A stretch of 64,000 bases of DNA from Candidatus Omnitrophota bacterium (lineage in GTDB: Bacteria; Omnitrophota; Gorgyraeia; Pluralincolimonadales; Pluralincolimonadaceae). The translations under genes were made by a program, and so were the position numbers. This document shows, piece by piece, positions 1-9,344 of the stretch (the stretch's first letter is position 1; every line of letters starts with the position of its first letter). Location: positions 537,476 to 601,475 of the forward strand of contig JAQUPL010000001.1 in assembly GCA_028716565.1 (NCBI GenBank). Direction: 5' to 3'. The notes beneath the pieces are model-generated. The model made no database searches, had not been told where the DNA came from, and worked only from the letters and a program-made list of their open reading frames with translations.

Positions 1-310
1 CCTCGGACGGGCCTGCCGACTCTTTCTTCTGCAGGTATTGCGGCTCTTCTTTTTCGAGGAAATAATATGACCTCAAAAGTTTCATCGCGGTCTCTTTCCT
101 CACCCCGATCTCCCTCGAGGCATACGCCTCAAACGTCAGGTATCCCCAGTCCCGGTAAAGTTTGTCTTTCCAGACGGAATAGAGCGACTGGCCCAGCTCT
201 ATCCAGGATGTCTTAAAATTAATGACATTCCGCAGGACCGTGTAGCGGATCGAGCCCTCATCCAGCCCCTCCATCTTCCGCTCTATATTCTCTATCGCTT
301 TTGTCTTCAC
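1..310 (-). CDS. hypothetical protein (5' part only; continues beyond window start). Putative GTG start at 310-308 overlaps the upstream stop as GTGA.
   Basis: Open frame on minus strand from 310 to the window edge (VKTKAIENIERKMEGLDEGSIRYTVLRNV...WGYLTFEAYASREIGVRKETAMKLL...). No family recognised. Codon pattern is consistent with neighbours. Confidence 0.3.
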   Translation of the reverse strand, partial: MKTKAIENIERKMEGLDEGSIRYTVLRNVINFKTSWIELGQSLYSVWKDKLYRDWGYLTFEAYASREIGVRKETAMKLLRSYYFLEKEEPQYLQKKESAGPSE

Positions 311-1758
311 TTGACGGCTACCGCGTCCTCTTTCCGTTCCTTTTTTACGGTTTTTTGTCCGGGGCACTCGCCGGTCCAGCAATAAACGCAAAGCCTCTCC
401 TTCGGCAGGCCGATCGCCTTTACCATATCCGCGAGTAGCTGGTAGCGCAGCGTCGTCACGCCGAGGTCCTTCCTTATCCATTCGACCATGTTCCTGTATT
501 TTTCGGAACCATGGTCGACGTATTCAGATACATTTTCGGCGTCATGGCCTTCCAGCGCCTTTATCGCCTTGCGCGCGGCGAGTTCCTGTATGCTGCGCGT
601 CGAGAGGCAGAACTTGCACGGGAACATGAGCGGCGGGCACGCGGGCCTGACGTGCACTTCCTTCGCGCCGTTATCCCAAAGCTTGTTGACCGTGAAATTC
701 TTGAGCTGTGTCCCCCTGACTATCGAATCCTCGCACAGGACTATCCTGTTTCCGGTTATGATCTCTTTTATCGGGATGAGTTTCATCCTCGCTATGAGGT
801 CGCGCGTCCTCTGTGACGGCGGCGTATAACTTCTGCCGTATCCGGGCGAATATTTCACAAGCGGGCGCCTGTATGGCTTCTTAGATTCCATAGCGTATCC
901 GAGGGCGTGGGCAGAGCCGGAATCCGGCACTCCCGCGACTACATCCACCTCTATGTCTATGTCGCGTTTGGCCAGGTGCCTGCCGCACTTTTCCCTTACT
1001 ATCTCGGTATTTATGCCTTCATAATCCGACGCGGGAAAACCCGAGTATATCCACAGGAACGAACAGATCTGGTTCGCCTTCCCTCCGGGCTTACTTTGGA
1101 CCATCCCCTCGTCGTTCAGCAGGACGATCTCGCCGGGCTCGAGGAATTTTACCGTCTGGAATTCAAGGTTGGGGAAAGCGGTCGTCTCCGAGGCCACCGC
1201 CCACGCGTCCATCCGTTTTCCTACCGCAAGCGGCGTATATCCGGACCTGTCCCTCGCCGCGTATATTCCGTCCTTGTTCAATATCAGCAGAGAACACGAG
1301 CCTTCTATCATCTCAGACATCTTCTCTATGCCGCCGATGATGCTCTCGCCCTGCACGATGAGTTTCGCGATCAGTTCGGTGGTATTGACCGAGCCTTTCG
1401 TGAACTCGCTGAAAGATATCCCCTTATCGAGGAGGCCGTTCATGAGCTCCTCGGTATTTTCTATAAGGCCGCACGTCACTATGCAGAGCGGGCCGAACTT
1501 CGAGTTAAGGTAGACCGGCTGCTCATCGAACGAGCTTATGACGCCTATCCCCTTGTTGCCCTTCATCCTCTTGCAGTCGTCGAAGAATTTCGACTTGAAC
1601 TGGCTCTGGCTTACGCTGTGTATCTGCCGCGTGAAATTCTCCCCGAGGACCGCCATCCCTCCGTATTCGGTGCCCATATGCGTATGGTAGTCGGTCCCGT
1701 AAAAAAGTATCTCCGCGCAGTCCCCCTTTGACACTACGCCGAACAATCCGCTCATCAC
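307..1758 (-). CDS. amidophosphoribosyltransferase (PurF)-like class-II glutamine amidotransferase/PRTase, [4Fe-4S]-type. N-terminal nucleophile position is Ser, not Cys.
   Basis: PRTase motif LCEDSIVRGTQL. RDRSGYTPLAVGKRMDAWAVASETTAF resembles the PurF Ntn-domain core. C-terminal Cys cluster (CPPLMFPCKFC...CVYCWTGEC) resembles the B. subtilis-type PurF Fe-S ligands. N-terminus reads (V)MSGLFGVV rather than MCGI(V/F)G. Confidence 0.65.
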   Translation of the reverse strand: MMSGLFGVVSKGDCAEILFYGTDYHTHMGTEYGGMAVLGENFTRQIHSVSQSQFKSKFFDDCKRMKGNKGIGVISSFDEQPVYLNSKFGPLCIVTCGLIENTEELMNGLLDKGISFSEFTKGSVNTTELIAKLIVQGESIIGGIEKMSEMIEGSCSLLILNKDGIYAARDRSGYTPLAVGKRMDAWAVASETTAFPNLEFQTVKFLEPGEIVLLNDEGMVQSKPGGKANQICSFLWIYSGFPASDYEGINTEIVREKCGRHLAKRDIDIEVDVVAGVPDSGSAHALGYAMESKKPYRRPLVKYSPGYGRSYTPPSQRTRDLIARMKLIPIKEIITGNRIVLCEDSIVRGTQLKNFTVNKLWDNGAKEVHVRPACPPLMFPCKFCLSTRSIQELAARKAIKALEGHDAENVSEYVDHGSEKYRNMVEWIRKDLGVTTLRYQLLADMVKAIGLPKERLCVYCWTGECPGQKTVKKERKEDAVAVK

Positions 1759-1830
1759 CCACCCCCATTTTTTCTCAAAACGGCTTTTTTAACAGCTTTT
1801 ATTATATCATCATCCTTGAGGTTACATCTC

Positions 1831-3345
1831 TTAAGACTCAAACAGGCTCTTTGTCGCGAAATTCGGTTCGCTTGTCAGGTTCACTCCCAGCTTGCGGAGC
1901 CCCGCCTCATCGCCGGATGTCGGCATGTGCGTGAGATGGACCTCGCAGCCCTTCAGCTCTTTCAGTTTCTCCATCGCTTCCTGCGCGGCCGGGTTGGTGG
2001 TCGCGCTTATGCTGAGCGCTATAAGCGCCTCCTCGACATCGAGACTTACCGTTTTTGAGGAGAGTATCTCCTTCTTCAGGTTCTTTATCGAATCGATTAT
2101 GCTCGGCGAGAGCAGGTGTATCTTATCAGGAATGTCCGCGAGCCTCTTGATGGCGTTGAGGACGAGGCTCGATGTCGCGTGCATCAGCTGCGAGTTCTTT
2201 CCCGTGATCACCGTCCCGTCGTCCAATTCAAGGGCTGCGCCGCAGAATATCCCGTCGTTGCCCTTGTTCTTCTTCTGGCCTTCTTCTGCGGCCCGGCGGG
2301 CGGGTTCAACGACTTTCCTGTCCTCTATCTTCACCCCGACCTCGCCCATAAGCAGCTCGGCGCGCTGGACCGTATCTTTGTCGACAAATCCCATCGCGTA
2401 TTCGCACGAATACCTGAAATACCTGCGTATGATCTCCTGCTTCGCGGCCTCTTTAACGGCTTCATCATCCACGATGCCGAATCCGGCGCGGTTGACTCCC
2501 ATGTCTGTCGGCGACTTGTAGGCCTCGCCCTCTCCCATTATCTTCTGCAATATCCTCTTTATCACCGGGAAGACCTCGACGTCGCGGTTATAATTGATCG
2601 ACGTCTCGCCGTGGGCCTCGAGGTGGAAAGGGTCTATCATGTTAAAATCCTTCAGGTCGGCGGTCGCCGCCTCATACGCTACATTAACGGGATGCTTGAG
2701 AGGTATACTCCATATCGGGAACGTTTCGAATTTCGCGTAGCCGGCATTGACCCCGTGCTTGTGCTCGTGGTAGAGCTGCGAGAGGCAGGTCGCGAGCTTT
2801 CCGCTGCCCGGGCCCGGGCCCGTGATTATCACGAGCGGGTTCTTCGTCTTTATGAATTCATTCGCGCCGTAACCTTCGTCGCTGACGATGAGGTCGACGT
2901 CGGTCGGATATCCCTTCGTGAAGCGGTGCGTATATACTTTTATGCCGCGCCGTTCGAGCTTGTTCTTGAATATCGTCGCCGCGGGCTGGTTATCGAAACG
3001 GGTTATCACGACCGCGTTGACCTCGATGCCCCAGTCCCTGAAGTCGTCTATCAGTTTCATCGCGTCGACATCGTAGGTGATGCCGAAGTCGGCCCTGACC
3101 TTCTTCCTTTCGATATCGCCCGCGTAGATGCAGAGCAGTATGTCGGCCCTGTCCTTAAGTTTTTGGAAGAGGCGCATCTTTACGTTCGGGTCGAATCCCG
3201 GCAGGACCCTCGACGCATGATAATCGAAAAGGAGTTTGCCGCCGAATTCCAAATAAAGCTTGTTGTTGAACTTCGCGACCCTTTCAAGGATCGCGGCTGT
3301 CTGTTCACGAAGATACTTCTCGTTGTCAAAGGCCGGCTTTTTCAT
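1831..3345 (-). CDS. DUF1846 / UPF0371 family protein (function unknown)
   Basis: 504 aa. N-terminus [23 protein letters not shown]...[26 protein letters not shown] matches the conserved UPF0371 N-terminal pattern from memory. Confidence 0.6.
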   Translation of the reverse strand: MKKPAFDNEKYLREQTAAILERVAKFNNKLYLEFGGKLLFDYHASRVLPGFDPNVKMRLFQKLKDRADILLCIYAGDIERKKVRADFGITYDVDAMKLIDDFRDWGIEVNAVVITRFDNQPAATIFKNKLERRGIKVYTHRFTKGYPTDVDLIVSDEGYGANEFIKTKNPLVIITGPGPGSGKLATCLSQLYHEHKHGVNAGYAKFETFPIWSIPLKHPVNVAYEAATADLKDFNMIDPFHLEAHGETSINYNRDVEVFPVIKRILQKIMGEGEAYKSPTDMGVNRAGFGIVDDEAVKEAAKQEIIRRYFRYSCEYAMGFVDKDTVQRAELLMGEVGVKIEDRKVVEPARRAAEEGQKKNKGNDGIFCGAALELDDGTVITGKNSQLMHATSSLVLNAIKRLADIPDKIHLLSPSIIDSIKNLKKEILSSKTVSLDVEEALIALSISATTNPAAQEAMEKLKELKGCEVHLTHMPTSGDEAGLRKLGVNLTSEPNFATKSLFES

Positions 3346-3358
3346 TTAAGGAGACCCC

Positions 3359-4123
3359 CTATCTCCTGGCAAAGATGAACAAGAATATCACAAGGCTGAA
3401 CACCAACCTGTATATGACGAATGCCGTAAAAGAATGCCTCTTCAGGTAATTTAAAAGAAAACGGATCGACAGGAATCCCGTTGCCGCCGACACTATAAAA
3501 CCGGCGAAAAGCGACAAGCCGTTCTCGCCTGAGGCGAGGGCGCCGATATCCTTCAGTTTTAACACGGTCGCGCCGAGGATGATGGGCGCCGAAAGCAAAA
3601 ATGAGAACCTGGCCGCCGCCTCCCTGTCGAACTTTAACCCTATGCCCGTGGCCATGGTCACGCCTGACCGCGATACGCCGGGGACTATGGCAAGCGCCTG
3701 CGAGATGCCGATCAAGAGCGAATCAAGAAAGTTCAGCGACTTCAGCGTCCTCGTCTTCCGGCTGTACCTGTCGATAAAGTAAAATATTACCGCGAAGATT
3801 CCCATGGCGCACGCTATCAGCGCAGGCGACCTGAAGACCGTCTCGGCTTTTTCCTCGAGCAGCTTGCCTATCACCGCTCCCGGGACGCTGGCGACGGCGA
3901 TATACCAGAGGAACCGTCCCCTGATTATGCCGAACCAGTCCCTCCAGAAATACGCCAACACCGCAACGAGCGTTCCCGCATGCAGCGCGACGTCAAAGGC
4001 GAGGCTGTGCTCCTGCCACCCGAACAGCCACGGGACGACGATCAGGTGCGCGGAACTGCTGACCGGCAAAAATTCTCCCACACCCTGGACGATACCAAGT
4101 ACGATAGATTGGACTATGCCCAT
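3359..4123 (-). CDS. uppP: undecaprenyl-diphosphate phosphatase
   Basis: VQGVGEFLPVSSSAHL...SRSGVTMATGIGL motifs, 8-TM profile, 254 aa. Confidence 0.85.
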   Translation of the reverse strand: MGIVQSIVLGIVQGVGEFLPVSSSAHLIVVPWLFGWQEHSLAFDVALHAGTLVAVLAYFWRDWFGIIRGRFLWYIAVASVPGAVIGKLLEEKAETVFRSPALIACAMGIFAVIFYFIDRYSRKTRTLKSLNFLDSLLIGISQALAIVPGVSRSGVTMATGIGLKFDREAAARFSFLLSAPIILGATVLKLKDIGALASGENGLSLFAGFIVSAATGFLSIRFLLNYLKRHSFTAFVIYRLVFSLVIFLFIFARR

Positions 4124-4141
4124 ATTTTTAGTATTACCATA

Positions 4142-4468
4142 TCACTTGTTGATTATATTTTCCGCCATATTGCCGATCCCTGGCAGCTTGAACATCTCGC
4201 CCGAGTAGGCCTTGATGATGCAGATGATCCAGACCGCCAAGCCTAATATTCCCAGGAACAACGGGCCTATGACGGTGATAACCAGCAATATCGATATGAT
4301 CGTCAAACCGCCGAAAAAGATCAGCGACTGCATGGCATGGAACTTCACGAACTTGTTATCCTTCTCGACAGCGAAGATTATCAGCCCGGATATCCAGCCA
4401 AATACATACGCCAGTGCCGCCGCGAGGTTCGCGTCTATCCCCAGGGAACTTTTGCCGACATCTGCCAT
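4142..4468 (-). CDS. DUF4870-family small membrane protein
   Basis: AALAYVFGWISGLIIFAVEKDNKFVKFHAMQSLIFFG signature followed by a TM segment. Confidence 0.5.
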   Translation of the reverse strand: MADVGKSSLGIDANLAAALAYVFGWISGLIIFAVEKDNKFVKFHAMQSLIFFGGLTIISILLVITVIGPLFLGILGLAVWIICIIKAYSGEMFKLPGIGNMAENIINK

Positions 4469-4488
4469 TTTACCCCTCCTTGCCCGTT

Positions 4489-5709
4489 TTAGGCGGGCCT
4501 TTTTTGGAACGCCTCCGTTAACGCCGCCTCTCCGCCCAATAAAGCGTCCTTATTGCCCGAAACCGCTATCCCGTCCTTTATTATCCGCGTGAGCCCGGCG
4601 ACGCCGTCTTTCTCGCCCAATACTATCGCGCCGACGAGCCTCCCGTCCTTGATGACGCATTTCCTGTAGATGCCTTTGCCGGCGTCTTTCCTGAAGACCG
4701 TCTCATATCCCTCTCCTTCGGGGTTGACGGTCCCTATCGAGGTAAGGTCGATGCCCATCACCTTAAGCGTCGCCTGGAAAGTCGTTCCCTTGTATTCGAA
4801 CGGCTTGTCTATGATGTTCGAGGCCACCGCGAGCCCCTGGTCTATCGCCGCCGGGATTATGCCGTAGACTATCCCGTTGAATTCGGCGCAGTCGCCGGCC
4901 GCATATATGTTATCGCAGCTTGTCCTCATGAACTTATCTACCAGTATCCCTTTTTCGATGCTGATGCCGCAGTTCTTCGCCAATTCGGTATTCGAGCGGA
5001 CGCCGGCCGAGACGATGAAGAGGTCCGCCTCGAGCTTTCCTATCTCCTTGGAGAGGAGGCAGGTCTTCGCGCCTTCGGTCACGATGCGGTCGCACGTGAC
5101 CTGCAATATGACCTCGATGCTGGATTTTTCGATCCTGGATTTCAGTATCCCGCCGCCCTCATCGTCCAGCTGGCGAGGGAGGAGCCTTGAATTATGTTCG
5201 ACGACCGTTACCTTGAGCCCCCGGTCGGTCAGGGCCTTAGCCGTCTCGAGGCCGAGCAGGCCTCCGCCAATGACCGCTGCCCTTTTCTTCCCGCGGGCGA
5301 ATGAGCGTATCCTGAGGACATCGGCGATATTCCTGTAAGTGAAAACATTCCGTGACTTGATCCCTTCTATCGGAGGGACAAAAGGCGATGCGCCGGTCGT
5401 AAGGAGAACCTTGTCGTAATCGTTCCACCCGTCCTTTTCGGTCTTTAATTTCTTAGAGGGGAGCCCTATATCGAGGACTTTATTTTTTAGGGAGACTTCT
5501 ATGCCGCGCTTCTTGTACCATTCGTCGTTATACGGGAAGAGCCGGTTCAGGTCCGTCGTCTCCGCGAGGAGCCTGTCCAAAAGAGGGCGGGGATAATAAT
5601 TGTATTCTTCGTCGGTGAAAATAATTATCTTTGCGCCGGGGGAATTTTCGGAGATGGATCTAGCGGCGGTGATGCCGCATACCCCGTTTCCTACGATGGC
5701 TATCTTCAT
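4489..5709 (-). CDS. FAD-dependent pyridine nucleotide-disulfide oxidoreductase, likely NAD(P)H:rubredoxin oxidoreductase
   Basis: N-terminal Rossmann motif MKIAIVGNGVCGITAAR and a second dinucleotide fold RAAVIGGGLLGLETA. Lies immediately downstream of rubredoxin and the flavodiiron protein. Confidence 0.7.
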   Translation of the reverse strand: MKIAIVGNGVCGITAARSISENSPGAKIIIFTDEEYNYYPRPLLDRLLAETTDLNRLFPYNDEWYKKRGIEVSLKNKVLDIGLPSKKLKTEKDGWNDYDKVLLTTGASPFVPPIEGIKSRNVFTYRNIADVLRIRSFARGKKRAAVIGGGLLGLETAKALTDRGLKVTVVEHNSRLLPRQLDDEGGGILKSRIEKSSIEVILQVTCDRIVTEGAKTCLLSKEIGKLEADLFIVSAGVRSNTELAKNCGISIEKGILVDKFMRTSCDNIYAAGDCAEFNGIVYGIIPAAIDQGLAVASNIIDKPFEYKGTTFQATLKVMGIDLTSIGTVNPEGEGYETVFRKDAGKGIYRKCVIKDGRLVGAIVLGEKDGVAGLTRIIKDGIAVSGNKDALLGGEAALTEAFQKRPA

Positions 5710-5721
5710 AGTTTGGGACGG

Positions 5722-5880
5722 TTATACCTTTTCGAACATATCCTTCGGTGCGCCGCACTCGGGGCAAACCCAATTATCGGGAAGTTTATCAAAAGGCGTC
5801 CCTGCGGAGATACTTGCGGTAGGATCGCCTATAGCCGGATCGTATATGTACCCGCATACCGTACAACGATATTTGTCCAT
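5722..5880 (-). CDS. rd: rubredoxin (52 aa; absent from the supplied ORF track because it is <60 aa)
   Basis: Reverse-strand translation [52 protein letters not shown] has two CxxCG knuckles in the classic rubredoxin fold pattern. It sits 3 nt downstream of the FDP gene. Confidence 0.85.
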   Translation of the reverse strand: MDKYRCTVCGYIYDPAIGDPTASISAGTPFDKLPDNWVCPECGAPKDMFEKV

Positions 5881-5883
5881 TGT

Positions 5884-7080
5884 TTATGCCTTTCCGGTTA
5901 TCTTCTTCGCCAATTCAACGCCCATTTCATAACATCTCTTCAGTTCATTTTCGTCCGGGACGTATTTGACCGCGATCGACGGCAGGGCCTGCTCTATCCC
6001 CGTCTCTTTAAGTGCCTGCTCCAGCGAAGGTACTGCGCCTCCGGCCCAACCGTAGGAACCGAACGCAGCCCCTATCCTGCCCTTCGGCTTCAGGCCGTTC
6101 AGGAATTCGAGGAACCCGGCCATGGTGGAGAGCATCCCGTTGTCGTGCGTGGATGAACCGAACACGAAGCATTTGGCGTCGAGCATCTGGTTATTCACCT
6201 CGCTCCTGTCGGAGCGCGTGATATCGAAGAGTTTCACCTCGATGCCGCCGTCGGTTAGGCCCTCGGTTATCTTCCTGGCCATCATATCGGTCGAGCCCCA
6301 CATCGTCTCGAAGATGACGACCGCTTTCGGTTTCGTCTCGTTCTTCGTCCATGAAACATAGGAATTGATTATCTTCATCGGGTCACGCCGCCATATGATC
6401 CCGTGGCTCGGCGCTATCATCTTTATGGATATGCCCATCTTGAGGATCTCGTCTATCTTCCTGGCGATCATGCCGCCGAGCGGCCAGAGGATATTCGCGT
6501 AATACTTCGCGGCCTCGTCCATCAGCGCGCACTGGTCCGTCTCGTCGTCAAACCTCTCCGAGGTCGCGTAATGCTGGCCGAAGGCGTCGTTCGGCAGGAG
6601 CAGCTCCTCCTCGGCGCAGTAGGTGAACATGCTGTCCGGCCAGTGGATCATCGGCGCCTCTATGAAAGTGAGGTTCCTCTTGCCGATATTTAACTTATCC
6701 CCTGTCTTGACGGCCTGGAGGCCCCAATCCGTGTAATACATCCTCGCGAGGCCTTCCTTGCTTTTCGCCGTGCCGAACAGTTTGGCCTTGGGGCAAAGTT
6801 TCATCAGTTCCGGCAGCCCGCCGGAATGGTCCGGCTCGATATGGTTGACCACGATATAGTCTATCTTTTCGACCGGCACGATCTCGCGTATCCGCCCGAT
6901 CTGCTCGCCGGCAAAAGAACCGGGAACGCCGTCGATAAGCGTCACCTTCTCATCGATAATAAGATATGAATTGTAGGTCGTGCCCCTTTTTGTCGAATAA
7001 GTATTCCCGTGGAAGGTCCTTATGTTCCAATCGACTACGCCTACCCAGTATACGCCTTTTTTTATCTCGACGGGTCTCAT
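5884..7080 (-). CDS. flavodiiron protein (rubredoxin:oxygen/NO oxidoreductase; metallo-beta-lactamase + flavodoxin domains)
   Basis: VNHIEPDHSGGLPEL diiron motif in a beta-lactamase-like N-domain. C-terminal flavodoxin-like part (AVVIFETMWGSTDMMA...). 398 aa. Confidence 0.85.
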   Translation of the reverse strand: MRPVEIKKGVYWVGVVDWNIRTFHGNTYSTKRGTTYNSYLIIDEKVTLIDGVPGSFAGEQIGRIREIVPVEKIDYIVVNHIEPDHSGGLPELMKLCPKAKLFGTAKSKEGLARMYYTDWGLQAVKTGDKLNIGKRNLTFIEAPMIHWPDSMFTYCAEEELLLPNDAFGQHYATSERFDDETDQCALMDEAAKYYANILWPLGGMIARKIDEILKMGISIKMIAPSHGIIWRRDPMKIINSYVSWTKNETKPKAVVIFETMWGSTDMMARKITEGLTDGGIEVKLFDITRSDRSEVNNQMLDAKCFVFGSSTHDNGMLSTMAGFLEFLNGLKPKGRIGAAFGSYGWAGGAVPSLEQALKETGIEQALPSIAVKYVPDENELKRCYEMGVELAKKITGKA

Positions 7081-7081
7081 T

Positions 7082-7609
7082 TCAACCGGCCTCCATCACC
7101 CTTCCTTCCTGTTTCACGAACCAGCTTGCCGAATCCGAAAGAAGCGAGTACGCCTCTTCGAGCAGCTCATAGTGGTGCTCCTCTTCCTTTTTCAATCTGT
7201 CAAAAAAAAGCTTTGCTATGCGTATATTTGTCTCCTTGGATTGTTTGTCATAATAATCATAGCTCTTCGTCTCTTTCTCCATAGATATCGTTATCGCCTC
7301 GAGGTTCGAAGGATCCGCTTTTAACTTCTTTTTTTCCGACGCGGAAAGCGGCCTGAAGACAAGAACTAATTTTTTCTTCGCGTCACGGGATATCGTCTTC
7401 TCGAAATCGCCCCAGTCCTTCTCCCCTTTCAGGCCCTGCTCTATCACCTTGATGCGTTCGATATGGACGAGTTCCTGGTCGGCGAGCGAGACGAGAAGTT
7501 TTTTCGCTACGGGGTTTTTCGCGGTTTTGCTCGACTTAAGGTAAAATTTGCGGCCGTCCTCTTCCATCTTTATCGCGGCCTGCAGTATCTTCAGGTCTTT
7601 CTTCGGCAT
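7082..7609 (-). CDS. ferritin-like diiron protein (rubrerythrin-like, no rubredoxin domain)
   Basis: Two E...ExxH-type helices (ILQAAIKMEEDGRKFY...; EKETKSYDYY...EEEHHYELLEEAY) typical of the rubrerythrin/ferritin-like superfamily. Confidence 0.5.
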   Translation of the reverse strand: MPKKDLKILQAAIKMEEDGRKFYLKSSKTAKNPVAKKLLVSLADQELVHIERIKVIEQGLKGEKDWGDFEKTISRDAKKKLVLVFRPLSASEKKKLKADPSNLEAITISMEKETKSYDYYDKQSKETNIRIAKLFFDRLKKEEEHHYELLEEAYSLLSDSASWFVKQEGRVMEAG

Positions 7610-7661
7610 GGTAGTCTCCTTTTGCGGGGTTTTAATACTTTATTGATAAAACAGTCTGGGA

Positions 7662-7943
7662 TTAACCGAGCCTGTAAAGGATGCCGAAACCGCCCTGCGG
7701 ATAGTTCCAATCGACGTTCATGAACTCATCGCAGATGACGCGGCAGGTGCCGCATTCGAGGCAGCCGTCGACATTGACTTCGGCTATGCCCTTGTCGTTA
7801 ATCTTCCAGCAGTCCGAAGGGCATCCTATCGAGCACTGCTTCCTGGCGCATTTAAGACAGAGCTCCTTGTCCTTCACCTTTATATGAGGTTCCGGCCCGA
7901 GCTTAAACCTGTTCACGAACAGTTTATCTTCAATGCGGGTCAT
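7662..7943 (-). CDS. FixX-like ferredoxin-like protein (4Fe-4S)
   Basis: 93 aa with CLKCARKQCSIGCP...CLECGTCRVIC, resembling FixX. No fixABC nearby. Confidence 0.55.
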   Translation of the reverse strand: MTRIEDKLFVNRFKLGPEPHIKVKDKELCLKCARKQCSIGCPSDCWKINDKGIAEVNVDGCLECGTCRVICDEFMNVDWNYPQGGFGILYRLG

Positions 7944-7970
7944 TTTATTCGTCCTTTGGAAAATATTATC

Positions 7971-9266
7971 TCACAATCGGGGTAAGGCTTCAAGGTTTTT
8001 GTTGCCGAGTTTGCAAAGTTCCATCCAGGACTTGATGCAGCCGTTGCGCATGAAATAATCCCAGACCAGGCCTGTCCTGTAGTCCTCGATCATAAGCACC
8101 GAGACGCCCTGGTCTATGCCTATATAGTTCCCGCTCCACCAGTTCTTGTCGAGATTAAAGCCTGCCTTGAACCCATACCTGCCGTAGACTTTGTCGCCGT
8201 ATTTATTATACAATGCCCTAACCGATTTGATCGCCGTATCCGGTATCAACGGTATGGAAGCGACCATGCCGTACGGGTTTATCGTGCCGTCGTGGGTGAT
8301 ATTATCGGCAGGCAGGGCGCCGTATCCCTTATATCCTCCCGGGCCGTCGCCGGCGGTAAGACCCCAGCCGTTCTCCCCGTATCCTTTATATTTCTTGGAA
8401 TTATCTATGCAGAATTTCCTGTTCGCCAGCGCCGCGTCTATCGAGTTCTGCCAATAACTGAACCCCTCCTCGTTGATATTACGGAAATCTACCCATGCCT
8501 GCGCGAACTGATAGGTAAAAAGGCTCCCGAAATATGAATAGATGATCCTGTGCCCTCCGTATTCGCCCCTCGGGCGCCTCCATTTCTTCCACGTCTCAGG
8601 CGGGATAGGATACGTGGGCGAACCTATGGCGAGTATATAAGCGATAAGGCCCTCGTTATACCAGTCCCAGTACGCGCTCAGGAAGCCTTTCTTCGGGTCC
8701 CATCCCATAGACATCAGCTGCTTCTGGTTCATCATCCACTGCCAGTCGGTGCGGTAATACAGGTAAGTCGCGAGCCGTTCCAATTCCGTCCCCTTGAAAT
8801 ACTGCGCGGCGAGCAAGGCCCCGGCGAGGAAGAGCGCCGTATCTATTGACGAAACCTCGGAATTCCACACCCGCCGGCCGGTCTTCATGTCGACGAAATG
8901 GTAATAGAAGCCGCGCTCGCTTTTCAGCGTATTCTTGAAAGTCCTGAGCGTCCTGAAAGCGCGCTTGTAGGCCTCGTCGTATGTTATCCATCCCCTGCTC
9001 TGCCCGATGCAGATAGCGGCAAGCCCGAATCCCGTAGCGGCTATGCTTGACGGGGCGCCGGGTTGGGAGTTATCGGCGATGAGCCCGGTCTCGGGATCGG
9101 CCTTCTCCCAGAAATAGAGGAACGTGTCATGTTCCACCTTATCCAGGAATTCCTCGTCGGCTTTCGAGAGCGCAGGCCGAGCCTCCCCGGTTGCCCAAGA
9201 GGCGGGTATAAATGCCGTTGATGCAAAAACAGCGCACGCAAGTACCGCGGAAACGATCTTATCCAT
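7971..9266 (-). CDS. secreted six-hairpin glycosidase-like protein (DUF3131 / beta-1,2-glucanase GH144-like)
   Basis: N-terminal signal peptide. Motifs ...GLIADNSQPGAPSSIAATGFGL...SSIDTALFLAGALLAAQYF reminiscent of the DUF3131 (alpha/alpha)6 fold. Assignment is tentative. Confidence 0.4.
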   Translation of the reverse strand: MDKIVSAVLACAVFASTAFIPASWATGEARPALSKADEEFLDKVEHDTFLYFWEKADPETGLIADNSQPGAPSSIAATGFGLAAICIGQSRGWITYDEAYKRAFRTLRTFKNTLKSERGFYYHFVDMKTGRRVWNSEVSSIDTALFLAGALLAAQYFKGTELERLATYLYYRTDWQWMMNQKQLMSMGWDPKKGFLSAYWDWYNEGLIAYILAIGSPTYPIPPETWKKWRRPRGEYGGHRIIYSYFGSLFTYQFAQAWVDFRNINEEGFSYWQNSIDAALANRKFCIDNSKKYKGYGENGWGLTAGDGPGGYKGYGALPADNITHDGTINPYGMVASIPLIPDTAIKSVRALYNKYGDKVYGRYGFKAGFNLDKNWWSGNYIGIDQGVSVLMIEDYRTGLVWDYFMRNGCIKSWMELCKLGNKNLEALPRL

Positions 9267-9308
9267 TGCTCCAATTATATCATATCGGCCGGAAATTAAC
9301 AGCCGCAG

Positions 9309-9337
9309 TTGACACCCCGCCGGTATTGTGCTATTTT
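9309..9337 (+). promoter_or_regulatory. sigma70-like promoter TTGACA-N17-TATTTT upstream of comF; -10 ends 7 nt before the annotated ATG
   Basis: TTGACA at 9309-9314, 17-nt spacer, TATTTT at 9332-9337, in a divergent intergenic region. Confidence 0.35.
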
Positions 9338-9344
9338 ATAGCCA

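Noticed and set aside
907-1731. 274-aa plus-strand ORF (and several 100-230-aa ORFs such as 511-816, 15718-16419, 48381-49064, 52777-53469, 54308-54829) overlapping annotated genes on the opposite strand
   Set aside because: All are embedded antisense within conserved genes and have Arg/His/Pro-rich, composition-biased sequences. This is expected by chance at ~60 % GC.
2116-3378. 420-aa plus-strand ORF antisense to the DUF1846 gene
   Set aside because: Lies entirely opposite a well-supported conserved gene. Arg/Leu/Val-rich composition typical of spurious antisense frames in high-GC DNA. No motifs.
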